Source: an uncultured Fibrobacteraceae bacterium (GTDB taxonomy: Bacteria; Krumholzibacteriota; Krumholzibacteriia; LZORAL124-64-63). From it: 64,000 nucleotides of DNA. The notes under the pieces were generated by a model. That model searched no databases, was not told where the DNA came from, and saw only the letters and a list, made by a program, of their open reading frames with translations. The number at the start of each line of letters is the position of its first letter. The stretch's first letter is position 1. The position numbers were made by a program, and so were the translations under genes. Positions 16,069 through 25,025 of the stretch are shown here, one piece after another. The stretch covers positions 1,636 to 65,635 of the forward strand of contig CAZSNA010000007.1 in the NCBI GenBank assembly GCA_964607825.1, written 5' to 3'.

Positions 16069-17490
16069 CTAGAACTGGAAATATATGAACGGAGGATTCG
16101 AATAAACCCGATACACCGCCGCCGCCAGCACCACCGCCAGCATCGAACACCCGAACACGAACCGCACCGCGCCGCCCCCGTCCGCGATCCACGTATGGTT
16201 CCCCGTCCGCGTCTGCACCACGTCCAGCGCCACCATCACCGCGATCACGATGAACACGTGCGCCGCCCCGAGCGCGAACAGCCCGTCCCCGGCCAGGATC
16301 CCCGTGATCACCGCCCAGGCCACCCCGAAGTCCCCGGCCCGGAACAGGATCTTCGCCACCGCGATCAGATGGAACGTCACCACCACCATCCCCACGTCGC
16401 GCAGCACCCGCCCGGGCGTCCGCGGCCAGCGCAGGTCCACCTTGCCGCCGCCCAGCAGCCGATAGGCCGCCAGGTAGAGCCCGTTCCACAGCCCCCAGGC
16501 CACGAAGGTCCAGCTCGCCCCGTGCCACAGGCCGCCCAGCAGCATGGTGATCATCAGGTTGACGTAGGTGCGGACGGTCCCCTTGCGGTTGCCGCCCAGC
16601 GGGATGTAGAGGTAGTCCCCCAGCCAGGTCGACAGGGACACGTGCCAGCGCTTCCAGTACTCGGCCGGGCTGCGGCTCAGGTAGGGCGCGTGGAAGTTCT
16701 CCATCAGCTCGAAGCCCAGCAGCCGCGCCACGCCGCGGGCGATGTCCGAGTAGCCCGAGAAGTCGCCGTAGATCTGGAAGCAGAACGCGTACACGCCGGT
16801 CAGCAGCTGCCCACTGGTCCAGGCGCCGGGATCGTCGAAGACCTGGGAGACGAAGGGCGCCAGGGTGTCGGCCACGAAGATCTTCTTGAAGAAGCCCAGC
16901 AGGATCAGGTTCACCCCCGTCTCCACCTGCCGCCGCGAGACCGTCCGCGGCGCCGCCACCTGGGGTAGCAGGTTGCGCGCGCGCTCGATGGGCCCGGCCA
17001 CCAGCTGCGGGAAGAACGACACGAACACCGCAAAATCTAGCAGATCGTCGGTGGGCTCGATGCGGCGCCGGTAGATGTCGATGGTGTAGCTCAGGGTCTG
17101 GAAGGTGTAGAAGCTGATCCCCACCGGCAGCAGCACCCGCAGCAGCGGCACGTGGGGCTCCAGCCCGAACCCCTCGATGATCGCCCCCATCGAATCCACG
17201 AAGAAGTTGAAGTACTTGAAGAAGCCCAGCAGGCCCAGGTTGACGCACACGCTCGTCGCGAGCAGCCGCTTGCGCCGCCCCGCCGCCCCGGTGCAGTGCA
17301 GCGCGCGCCCCACCATGAAGTCGGTCAGGGTGGAGATCATCAGCAGCGACAGGAAACGCCAGTCCCAGTACCCGTAGAACAGGTAGCTGGCGCACAGCAG
17401 GAACACGTTCTGCGCGCGATGGCGCAGCCGCGGATAGACCAGCAGCACGGTGCCCAGGAAGGCCAGGAAGACGAGTGAGTTGAAGAGCAT
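16069..17490 (-). CDS. MBOAT-family membrane O-acyltransferase (AlgI/DltB/PatA-like)
   Basis: 473 aa, polytopic, with the conserved ...SFYTFQTLSYTIDIYRR... and ...WHGASW... blocks that carry the MBOAT catalytic His. Confidence 0.9.
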   Translation of the reverse strand: MLFNSLVFLAFLGTVLLVYPRLRHRAQNVFLLCASYLFYGYWDWRFLSLLMISTLTDFMVGRALHCTGAAGRRKRLLATSVCVNLGLLGFFKYFNFFVDSMGAIIEGFGLEPHVPLLRVLLPVGISFYTFQTLSYTIDIYRRRIEPTDDLLDFAVFVSFFPQLVAGPIERARNLLPQVAAPRTVSRRQVETGVNLILLGFFKKIFVADTLAPFVSQVFDDPGAWTSGQLLTGVYAFCFQIYGDFSGYSDIARGVARLLGFELMENFHAPYLSRSPAEYWKRWHVSLSTWLGDYLYIPLGGNRKGTVRTYVNLMITMLLGGLWHGASWTFVAWGLWNGLYLAAYRLLGGGKVDLRWPRTPGRVLRDVGMVVVTFHLIAVAKILFRAGDFGVAWAVITGILAGDGLFALGAAHVFIVIAVMVALDVVQTRTGNHTWIADGGGAVRFVFGCSMLAVVLAAAVYRVYSNPPFIYFQF

Positions 17491-17502
17491 GGCGCGCCGA
17501 CT

Positions 17503-18462
17503 CTATAGGCGCAGGGGCACACGGTCAACGGCGCGGCGGTGGACGAAGCGGTGGCAGGCGGAGCAGAGGACCCGGAGGTTGGCGAGGTCGTTGTCGCCGC
17601 CGGCGGCGCGGGGTTTGATGTGATGGACTTCCAGGAACCGTGTGCGGCTGCAGCCCGACGCCTCGCAGCGGTGGCCGGCGCGGGCCAGGGCTTCGCGGCG
17701 GCGCGACGGCGGGATGGTGGCGCGGTTCGGTTCGCCGGGCTCCTGTACACGGGCGTCGCACAGCGCCGGGCCCGGGTCGACGGGCTTCGGTCCGCGGTCC
17801 GTCCTGACCTCCGCCGCCCCACATTCTTTACACGTGTAAACCACCACCTGGTACGGCGGGGCCGCAGACTCCGTCTCCGGCTCGGCTGCCATATCATGCA
17901 GCGCAGCCAGCAGCAGCTCCGCCTTCTCCTCCCGCACACCCTTCTTGCGTAGCGACTCCATCAAGGCCTCGTACCGAGTGTACTGCTCCGCCGTGAACGT
18001 CACGCTCACGGTCACCGGCACGTCGGCCGGCAGCTCCGGTCCCGCGTCCAGTTCAAGCGCCGGCACCTCCGGCTGCCGTGCCTTGGTCCGCGCCGCGCGT
18101 ACCTTCCCTTCCAGCGACCGGCTGCTGCTACGCCTCGCCTCCTTGATCCACATCCCCTCGCTCGCGGCGGTCGCCACCTTGGCCACCTCGCGGGCCTTGG
18201 TCCAGCCGAGATCGCCGCGAGCGACCGAGGCCCGCAGCCGAGGCAGCGACTCGAGCGCTTCGGCAAGCCGGACGAACTGCGAGGTCTTGCTCGCCGAGAA
18301 GCCGAGCGCGTCGGCGGCGTAGGCCTGGATCGAGGAGTAGCCGAGCTCGCGGTATAGCTCGCGCCGCAGCATCTCGGCGAACAAGAGCACGGCGCGTTGC
18401 TCGGCGCGCTTGAGGTCTTCGAGGGCGGTCTGGAGTCGTGAGTGGAGTTCGTTTGCAGACAT
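17503..18462 (-). CDS. DUF222 + HNH endonuclease-domain protein
   Basis: From the ATG at 18462 it reads MSANELHSRLQTALEDLKRAEQRAVLLFAEML..., a DUF222 N-terminus. The C-terminus HHIKPRAAGGDNDLANLRVLCSACHRFVH is an HNH motif, and there is a CxxC pair (YTCKEC). Confidence 0.8.
   Translation of the reverse strand: MSANELHSRLQTALEDLKRAEQRAVLLFAEMLRRELYRELGYSSIQAYAADALGFSASKTSQFVRLAEALESLPRLRASVARGDLGWTKAREVAKVATAASEGMWIKEARRSSSRSLEGKVRAARTKARQPEVPALELDAGPELPADVPVTVSVTFTAEQYTRYEALMESLRKKGVREEKAELLLAALHDMAAEPETESAAPPYQVVVYTCKECGAAEVRTDRGPKPVDPGPALCDARVQEPGEPNRATIPPSRRREALARAGHRCEASGCSRTRFLEVHHIKPRAAGGDNDLANLRVLCSACHRFVHRRAVDRVPLRL
17827..17840. repeat. Copy of the 14-bp palindrome TTTACACGTGTAAA, inside the HNH gene's coding sequence (encodes VYTCKEC)
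   Basis: Exact 14/14 match, seen directly in the sequence. Confidence 0.6.
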
Positions 18463-18499
18463 GCTGGGACCTCCCGAGGTGGCGTTGTGGGAGGTCGCA

Positions 18500-18585
18500 T
18501 CGGTACAGACAAGATAGTCGAAAACGGCACGATAATCAAGATGTAATTTTATAATATTCAACAAGTTACAGTATTCTTGCGGCCC
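18500..18585 (-). promoter_or_regulatory. AT-rich patch upstream of the HNH endonuclease gene
   Basis: ...caagatgtaattttataatattcaacaagttacagtattcttg..., unusual against the GC-rich background. Confidence 0.3.
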
Positions 18586-18701
18586 GTTTCTTGCGCCGTG
18601 ACACCCCCCCTGTATCACCCATCATTCACCCCCGCCCACATCCTCGAGCCCCACCCCTCCGCTCCGTTGTCTCACACCCCTCGAAGTGATAGGCTGCGAT
18701 C

Positions 18702-19598
18702 ATGGAACTGGCGCTCTCAACCCCCGCCGCCCCCGACTGGCCCCGCATCATCCCCGCGGCGCTGCTCCTGATCTCGGGCCTCGTCCTCCTCGCCGCCCGC
18801 CTGAGCCGCGGCCGCCTCTCCCCGCCCGGCTACCTGGGCTACTTCTGGATCTTCCTGCTGGTCTGCGTCGTCACCGATCTGGTCTCCTTCACGCCCGCCG
18901 TCTGGCTGATGGCCATCGTCGCCTTCCGCGCGTTGCGCGAGTACTTCTCGCTGGTCGATCTGCGGCTGGAGGACCGCTGGGGCATACTGGCCGCCTACCT
19001 GTCGATCCCCTTCATGATCTATCTCATACAGATCGACTGGTACGGCTTCTTCATCGTCTCGGTCCCCGTCTACACCTTCGTGGTCGTGCCCTTCCTGGTG
19101 GCGCTCGGCGACGAACGGGGGCGCGGCAGCCTGCTGTCCATGGGGGCCATCGACTTCGGGCTCTTCTGCTTCGTGTACGGACTGGGGCACGTGGCCTACC
19201 TGGCCTTCTACTCCACCTGGCTGGTGCTGCTGCTCCTGCTGGCGATGACGGCCTGCAACGTGGCGTCCGCGACGACGAAACGGCGGGGCCCGGCGGCGGG
19301 TTTCGTCCTGTCCGTCATGCTCACCCTGGCCCTGACGCTGGGCCTGCGCGACTTGACCGGCGTGCCCACGGTCCATGCGCTCGTCCTGGGCGTGCTGATC
19401 CCCGTGCTGGTGCGGATGGGCGACTACACCGTCGGCGTGCTGAAACGCGACCTGGGTCTCGACGCGGGCGATCTCGAGCCGGGCCGCGGCCACGTGCTCG
19501 ACTCGCTCAGGTCCTGCCTCTTCACGGCACCCATCGTCTTCCACTACCTGCGCTGGGCCCTGAAATTCGGCGAACTGGTCGGGCGCGATGTCCCTTGA
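18702..19598 (+). CDS. CTP-transferase-1 superfamily membrane protein (divergent CdsA-like)
   Basis: 298 aa with 8-9 transmembrane segments. C-terminal GDYTVGVLKRDLGLDAGDLEPGRGHVLDSLRS is a degenerate form of the CdsA signature KR....KD.G...PGHGG.LDR.DS. Confidence 0.5.
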   Translation: MELALSTPAAPDWPRIIPAALLLISGLVLLAARLSRGRLSPPGYLGYFWIFLLVCVVTDLVSFTPAVWLMAIVAFRALREYFSLVDLRLEDRWGILAAYLSIPFMIYLIQIDWYGFFIVSVPVYTFVVVPFLVALGDERGRGSLLSMGAIDFGLFCFVYGLGHVAYLAFYSTWLVLLLLLAMTACNVASATTKRRGPAAGFVLSVMLTLALTLGLRDLTGVPTVHALVLGVLIPVLVRMGDYTVGVLKRDLGLDAGDLEPGRGHVLDSLRSCLFTAPIVFHYLRWALKFGELVGRDVP

Positions 19599-21015
19599 GG
19601 CGCGACGGCTGCCCGCCCTGATCCTGCACCTGCTCGTGCTGCGTCCCCTGCTCCACCTGATCTTCGGCCTGAACGTGCGCGGTCGGGAGAACCTGCCGGG
19701 CGACGGGCCCTGCATCCTGGCCGCCAATCACAACAGCCACCTCGACATCCTGATGATCTTCGCCGCCCTGCCGATCCGCATGGTGGCCTCGGCCCACGTG
19801 GTCGCGGCCCACGACTACTTCGCGCGGCGGCGGCGGCTGTACGCCGTCGTGGACTTCCTCTTCCGGCCCGTGTGGGTCGACCGCGAGGCCGGCGACGGCA
19901 CCACCCTGGCCCGCATGAGCGCCCTCCTCGACGCGGGCGAGAGCGTGATCATCTTCCCCGAGGGGACCCGCGGCGAGGCCGGGTGCCTGGGCCTGTTCCA
20001 CGGCGGGGTGGGCCGGCTCGCCGTCGAGCATCCCGACGCGCCCCTGATCCCCGTCCACCTGCGCGGCTCCGAACGGGCCCTGCCCCGCAAGGCCTCGTTG
20101 CCGTTGCCCATCTGGCAGCACGTCAGCATCGGTCCGCCCCAGCGGCTGACGGGCGACGCCGCGGAGATCACCGACACCCTGCGCGAGAGCCTCCTGGCCC
20201 TGGAGCGTTCCGCCGTCGCCTCGCGGCATCGGCGGCGGCCGGAGCGGCCCCGGGCCTTCGTCGTCGCCGTGCTCGGCATCGACGGGTCGGGCAAGAGCAC
20301 CCTGTCGCGCCGCCTCGCACGGGACCTCTCCGCCGAGGAACGCACCTGTCTGATCGGCGACAGCCTGGAGCTCTTCGCCGAGGGCCGCCCGCGCGCCGCC
20401 CAGCCCCTGCTCAAGGAAAAGCTGCGCCGCTGGGTGAGCGCCCAGGCCAAGGACGCGAGATCCCTGGCCCGCTACAAGATCCCCAAGCTCACCGAGCTGC
20501 TGCTGCGGGACGCCCTGCTCGGCGAGGCCAAGCGCTGGTACGGAGCCGACGTGATCCTCATGGACGGCTCCCCCATGCTCAACATGACCGCCTGGTCCAT
20601 CCTCTACCGGCCCGAACTGATGGATGAGGACTTCTGCGCGCGCGCCATGGCCATCCTGTCCGGCGAGGGCTCGGCGCGGGACCCGATCTTCGCCGAGTTC
20701 CCCGAACTGCGGGTCATGAAGCGGCTGGGTCTGACACGCCTGGCCATGCCGGACGCGGTCCTCTTCCTGGACGTCCCGCCCGAGGTGTCCATGGCGCGGA
20801 TCGTCGGGCGCGGCGAGAAGATGCAGGTGCACGAGACCGAGGAGAAGCTGTCCCGCCTGCGCGAGGCCTACCTCCTGGTCGTGGACGCGGCGCGGAATCG
20901 CCTGGGCCTGCCCGCCCACGTACTCGACGGCGACCGCGCCCCCGACGACATCGCACGAGACGCCCGGTCCCTGATCGCCGAGGCGCGGACCCCGGCCGGA
21001 GGTGAAGAGGCATGA
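19588..21015 (+). CDS. Fusion protein: lysophospholipid acyltransferase (PlsC-like) joined to a thymidylate-kinase-like P-loop domain
   Basis: N-terminal half has AANHNSHLD (HX4D) and FPEGTRG. C-terminal half has VVAVLGIDGSGKST (Walker A) and ...FLDVPPEVSMARI...REAY, which resembles a TMK lid and C-terminal region. It is a single uninterrupted 475-aa ORF. Confidence 0.75.
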   Translation: MSLEARRLPALILHLLVLRPLLHLIFGLNVRGRENLPGDGPCILAANHNSHLDILMIFAALPIRMVASAHVVAAHDYFARRRRLYAVVDFLFRPVWVDREAGDGTTLARMSALLDAGESVIIFPEGTRGEAGCLGLFHGGVGRLAVEHPDAPLIPVHLRGSERALPRKASLPLPIWQHVSIGPPQRLTGDAAEITDTLRESLLALERSAVASRHRRRPERPRAFVVAVLGIDGSGKSTLSRRLARDLSAEERTCLIGDSLELFAEGRPRAAQPLLKEKLRRWVSAQAKDARSLARYKIPKLTELLLRDALLGEAKRWYGADVILMDGSPMLNMTAWSILYRPELMDEDFCARAMAILSGEGSARDPIFAEFPELRVMKRLGLTRLAMPDAVLFLDVPPEVSMARIVGRGEKMQVHETEEKLSRLREAYLLVVDAARNRLGLPAHVLDGDRAPDDIARDARSLIAEARTPAGGEEA

Positions 21016-22013
21016 GCACGACCATCGACGTGATCGCGACCACGGTCTCGGGCTCCATCAGCGATTGGAGCAAGGTGGAGCGCATCCGACCCCTCTTCGC
21101 GGAGCACGGCTTCGACGACCTGAACCTGCACGTGGTCGACACCCACGCCCAGGCCCGGACGCAGGCCCGCGAGCTCCTCGACGCGGGCCGCCGCCTGCTC
21201 ATCTCCGCCGGCGGCTCGGGCACCTTCAACGCCGTGCTCGAGGGCTGCTGCGACGCGGACGTCCCCCTGGGCGAGATCCGGCTCGGCTTCCTGCGCAAGG
21301 GCTCGGCCGACCTGCTGGGCAAGGTGCTGGGCATGCCCGACGAGATCGAGGCCGCCGTGGCCGTCTTCGCCGACGCCATCCGCGCCGGACACGTCATGCC
21401 CTGCGACGTCCTGCAGGCCCGGGCCGCGGGCCCGGACGGCCCGCCCCGCCACTTCGTGGGCTACGGCGGCGCCGAGATCTTCGGCCGCATCCCCCATTTC
21501 ACCGAGAACCGCTTCATGAAGTGGTACAAGGGCGTGCTCAGCCAGGTCTTCGGCGACCTGGGCCCCTTCACCACGGGCATGACCCTGGCCCTGCTCGAGA
21601 AGCTGGTGAGGGGCCCCTTCGGCCGACGTCGCTGGCGGATCCTCGAGGACGGCCGCGAACTCGTGGCCGGCCGCTATCAGGCCCTGATCATCGTCAACGG
21701 CTACCTGGGGCCCGACATGGCCTACTCGGACGACGCCCTCGGCTCGGGCCACTTCCACCTCTTCGCCCTCGCGGACCTGGGCCTGCTCCGATTGCTCGGC
21801 CAGGCGAAGCGCGCCCGCAACGGCACGATCATGGACGACCCGGCCCGTTGGGGCATGACGCACCTCCCCATCGCGGGCGAGCTGCAGCTGGCGCCCGCGG
21901 ACGGCGGCGCCTTCCCCCTCAACGTGGACGGCTCGACGCTGATCTGCCGCGGCGGCGCGACGATCCGCCGCGTGGACTCCATCAGCCTGATCGCGCGTCG
22001 CCCCGCGTCTTGA
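21012..22013 (+). CDS. Lipid kinase, DAGK catalytic-domain family (YegS/BmrU-like)
   Basis: 333 aa with ISAGGSGTFNAV, a GGDGT-type motif. The start overlaps the upstream stop (ATGA). Confidence 0.8.
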   Translation: MSTTIDVIATTVSGSISDWSKVERIRPLFAEHGFDDLNLHVVDTHAQARTQARELLDAGRRLLISAGGSGTFNAVLEGCCDADVPLGEIRLGFLRKGSADLLGKVLGMPDEIEAAVAVFADAIRAGHVMPCDVLQARAAGPDGPPRHFVGYGGAEIFGRIPHFTENRFMKWYKGVLSQVFGDLGPFTTGMTLALLEKLVRGPFGRRRWRILEDGRELVAGRYQALIIVNGYLGPDMAYSDDALGSGHFHLFALADLGLLRLLGQAKRARNGTIMDDPARWGMTHLPIAGELQLAPADGGAFPLNVDGSTLICRGGATIRRVDSISLIARRPAS

Positions 22014-22044
22014 CGCGCCGCGTCCCGGGCGCGACCATCGCCAC

Positions 22045-23505
22045 ATGACCGCCCGCCACCACATCCTCGAGCCCTACGAACACGACGCCCCCTTCTGGCG
22101 TCTGGTCGAGGCCTTCCGCGACGATCCCGGAACCCGCCCCTTCCTCCTGGACAGCGCCCTCTCCGGATCCCACGGCCGCTTCTCCTACTGCGGTCCCGGC
22201 GCGGCGCACGTCTTCGAGGCCCGGCGGCGACCCGACGGACTGGCCGACGTGCAGATCGACGCGCCCGACCACGGGACCCGCCTGGAGGGCGTCGACCCCT
22301 TCGTCGCCCTGCGCGATTGGCGGCGCGAGTGGGCCGGTCCCTGTCCCGAGCTCGAGCGACCGGCCCCGTTCGTGCACGGCGCGGTGGGCTGGATCGCCTT
22401 CGAGGCCGGGCACTGCGTGGAGCGGTGGCCCGACACGGGGATCGACGACCTGGACCTGCCCGACCTCTGGTTCGGCGTGCAGGACGTGGTGTTCATCCGC
22501 GACCACGACGCCGGCCGCACCTGGCTCTCGGTGGTCGGCGCGGGCCTCGACGACGCCGGCGCCCGCGCCCGCGCCGAAGCGTTGCGCGCCGACACCCTGG
22601 ACCGCCTCGCCGCCTGGACGCCCGGCCCCGACCCCGCCCTGGACCTGTCCGCGCCCGACGGCGACCCCCTCCCCGCCCCCGTCGTCTCCGCCGCCGCCTA
22701 CCGCGCCAAGGTCCGGGCGGTGAAGGACGCCATCCTCGACGGCCGCGTCTTCGAGTGCTGCCTCACCCACCGCTTCGAGCAGCCGCTGGACGGCGATCCC
22801 TGGGACCTCTACGCGATCCTGCGTCGCGACAACGCGGCGCCCTTCGCCTGCTGGCTCGAGCACGGCGACGCCCGGGTCATCGGCGCCTCCCCCGAGCGCT
22901 TCCTGCACCTGGACGCCGACGGGATCCTCGAGACCCGTCCCATCAAGGGCACCCGCCCCCGCGCCGCCGACCCGATCGAGGACGCGCGCCTGCGCGACGA
23001 GCTGGCCGCCTCGGAGAAGGACCGCGCCGAGAACGTGATGATCGTCGACCTGGCCCGCAACGACCTGGGCCGCGTCTGCGAGACCGGCAGCGTGCACGTG
23101 CCGGGACTCTGCGAGGTGGAGGGCTACGCCACCGTCTGGCAGCTCGTGTCGACGGTGCGCGGGCGCCTGCGCGAAGGGCTGGACGGGATCGACGCCGTGC
23201 GGGCCTGCTTCCCCGGCGGATCGATGACCGGCGCGCCCAAGATCGAGGCCATGAAGATGATCGACGAGCTGGAGACCCACGTCCGCGGCGTGTACTCCGG
23301 AGCCATCGGATGGCTGGACGCGAGCGGCGCCCTGGACCTGAACATCGTGATCCGCACGGTGGTGGCCCGCGGCGGACGCGCCACCTACGGCACGGGCGGG
23401 GCGGTCACCGCGGACAGCGAGCCCGAGGCGGAGTGGCGGGAATCCCTGGACAAGGTGCGGGCGCTGGCGCGGGGGATCGCGGCGGTCAACGGTAGGCGGA
23501 CTTGA
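22045..23505 (+). CDS. Chorismate-binding enzyme, aminodeoxychorismate synthase / anthranilate synthase component I family
   Basis: 486 aa with ...IKGTRPR...MIVDLARNDLGRV...GGSMTGAPKIEAM...VYSGAIGW.... No glutamine amidotransferase partner gene is adjacent. Confidence 0.85.
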   Translation: MTARHHILEPYEHDAPFWRLVEAFRDDPGTRPFLLDSALSGSHGRFSYCGPGAAHVFEARRRPDGLADVQIDAPDHGTRLEGVDPFVALRDWRREWAGPCPELERPAPFVHGAVGWIAFEAGHCVERWPDTGIDDLDLPDLWFGVQDVVFIRDHDAGRTWLSVVGAGLDDAGARARAEALRADTLDRLAAWTPGPDPALDLSAPDGDPLPAPVVSAAAYRAKVRAVKDAILDGRVFECCLTHRFEQPLDGDPWDLYAILRRDNAAPFACWLEHGDARVIGASPERFLHLDADGILETRPIKGTRPRAADPIEDARLRDELAASEKDRAENVMIVDLARNDLGRVCETGSVHVPGLCEVEGYATVWQLVSTVRGRLREGLDGIDAVRACFPGGSMTGAPKIEAMKMIDELETHVRGVYSGAIGWLDASGALDLNIVIRTVVARGGRATYGTGGAVTADSEPEAEWRESLDKVRALARGIAAVNGRRT

Positions 23506-24172
23506 GCTCGCCCCAGCTCATGCGCTCGGCGGGCACGATGCAGGCCGCGTCGTTGGGCTGGCCGGGGCTGTCCAGCTCGCAGACCGCGTACTCGCCCAGG
23601 CCCCAGCCGATGGAGCAGCGGAGGGCGTGGGTCACCCAGAAGGGCCCGTCCGGGCCGAGCGTCTCCCCGCAGTAGACCAGGTCCCCGGACTGGGGCGTGT
23701 GGATCAGGGCCAGGCAGTCGACGATCGTCGACCAGGGCGTCAGGTCGAGCACGCCGTCATCGTCGACGTCCAGGTCGTCGCCGAGTTCGCCGGTGAAGCC
23801 CTCGACCAGCAGGTGGGTGACGTTGTCGCCGTCCTCGAAGTTCAGGGCCTCGGGCATCGCGACGTCGATCTCGCCGCAGGCGATGAACGCGTCCTCCCCC
23901 ACCGACAACAAGCCGTCGGCGCCGAGCGCCAGGCCGGACAGGTCGATCGCGGCCTCCACGCAGCCGTCGCCCCATATCTGGTCGTCGCCGATGACCAGGT
24001 ACCAGTACCCCGACAGGGACTCGCCGGGATCGCCGGCCAGCTCGAAGTACTCGTCCACGTCCACGGCGACCTGGTCGATGCGGATCTCGTTGATCAGGGG
24101 GGCGGCCGACGCGGCGGCGGCGAGCAGCGTCAGGACGGTACCGGCGAGCACGATGAATGGACGACGCGGCAT
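23486..24172 (-). CDS. Secreted lamin-tail-domain (LTD) protein
   Basis: Signal peptide, then PLINEIRIDQ...DEYFEL, the INE...EFVEL motif of the LTD. It ends ...MSWGELKSAYR. Confidence 0.7.
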   Translation of the reverse strand: MPRRPFIVLAGTVLTLLAAAASAAPLINEIRIDQVAVDVDEYFELAGDPGESLSGYWYLVIGDDQIWGDGCVEAAIDLSGLALGADGLLSVGEDAFIACGEIDVAMPEALNFEDGDNVTHLLVEGFTGELGDDLDVDDDGVLDLTPWSTIVDCLALIHTPQSGDLVYCGETLGPDGPFWVTHALRCSIGWGLGEYAVCELDSPGQPNDAACIVPAERMSWGELKSAYR

Positions 24173-24236
24173 GGTCTCTCCTGCGATGAGGGGTCGTTAG
24201 GAGAATATAGGGATTTTCCGGTCGTTTGTTCAGACC

Positions 24237-25025
24237 TCAATCGGCGAGCGCGTCGATCTCGTCGATCTGGTCGGCGGCGTCTCCGCCGAAGACCGGGCTG
24301 CCGCGCAGGGTCTCGAGCTGCTCGCGGGCGGCCGCGGCGTCGCCGAGGGCCAGGTGCGCCTGGGCCAGATGCCAGCGCGCGCGTTCGGCCACCGGCAGCT
24401 GGGAGCTGCGGGCGGCGAGGCCCAGGGGCGCCAGCGCGAGCTCGGTCTCGTTGTTCAGCATGCGGCTGACGCCGAGGTAGAGACGGGCCTGGCCGGCCGC
24501 GGGCCAGTCGGGGGCGTCGGGGGCGGACAGGGCGGATTCGAGGCCCAAGGCGGCGTCGCCCCAGCGCTGATCGGTGTAGTGGGACATGGCCTCGTGGAAG
24601 AGGGCGGCGGCATCGCCCTCGGCGCCGCGCACATCGACCTGCACGTAGGGCGCGGGGTCCAGGACGGCCAGCTTGCGCAGGTCGTCGTCGCCGGGCAGGA
24701 CGAGCAGCGCCAGCACCGCGGCGGCGGCCACCACGGCGGGGGCCAGCACGCGGGGGCTCAGCAGCCCGCGCAGCCAGCCGCCGAAGCGGGCGGCGGGCGA
24801 CGGTTCCGCCTCGCGCCGGGCGGCGCGCAGGACCTGGGCGTAGCGGTCGGGATCCTCGCGCAGGGCCTGGGCGGCCTGGGCGTGGTCGAAGAGATCCTCG
24901 AGCAGTGCGGGATCCTCGAGGGCGGCGCGTTCGAAGCGGACGCGCTCGGCCTCGTCGAGCAACCCCATCTCGTAGGCGGCCAGCAGGTCGGCGGGCCGCA
25001 GTTCGCGGTCGTCACGGTGCGACAT
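24237..25025 (-). CDS. Putative anti-sigma factor (single-pass membrane protein)
   Basis: 262 aa. One transmembrane segment (VLAPAVVAAAAVLALLVL), and a 14-nt overlap with the upstream ECF sigma gene. Confidence 0.6.
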   Translation of the reverse strand: MSHRDDRELRPADLLAAYEMGLLDEAERVRFERAALEDPALLEDLFDHAQAAQALREDPDRYAQVLRAARREAEPSPAARFGGWLRGLLSPRVLAPAVVAAAAVLALLVLPGDDDLRKLAVLDPAPYVQVDVRGAEGDAAALFHEAMSHYTDQRWGDAALGLESALSAPDAPDWPAAGQARLYLGVSRMLNNETELALAPLGLAARSSQLPVAERARWHLAQAHLALGDAAAAREQLETLRGSPVFGGDAADQIDEIDALAD

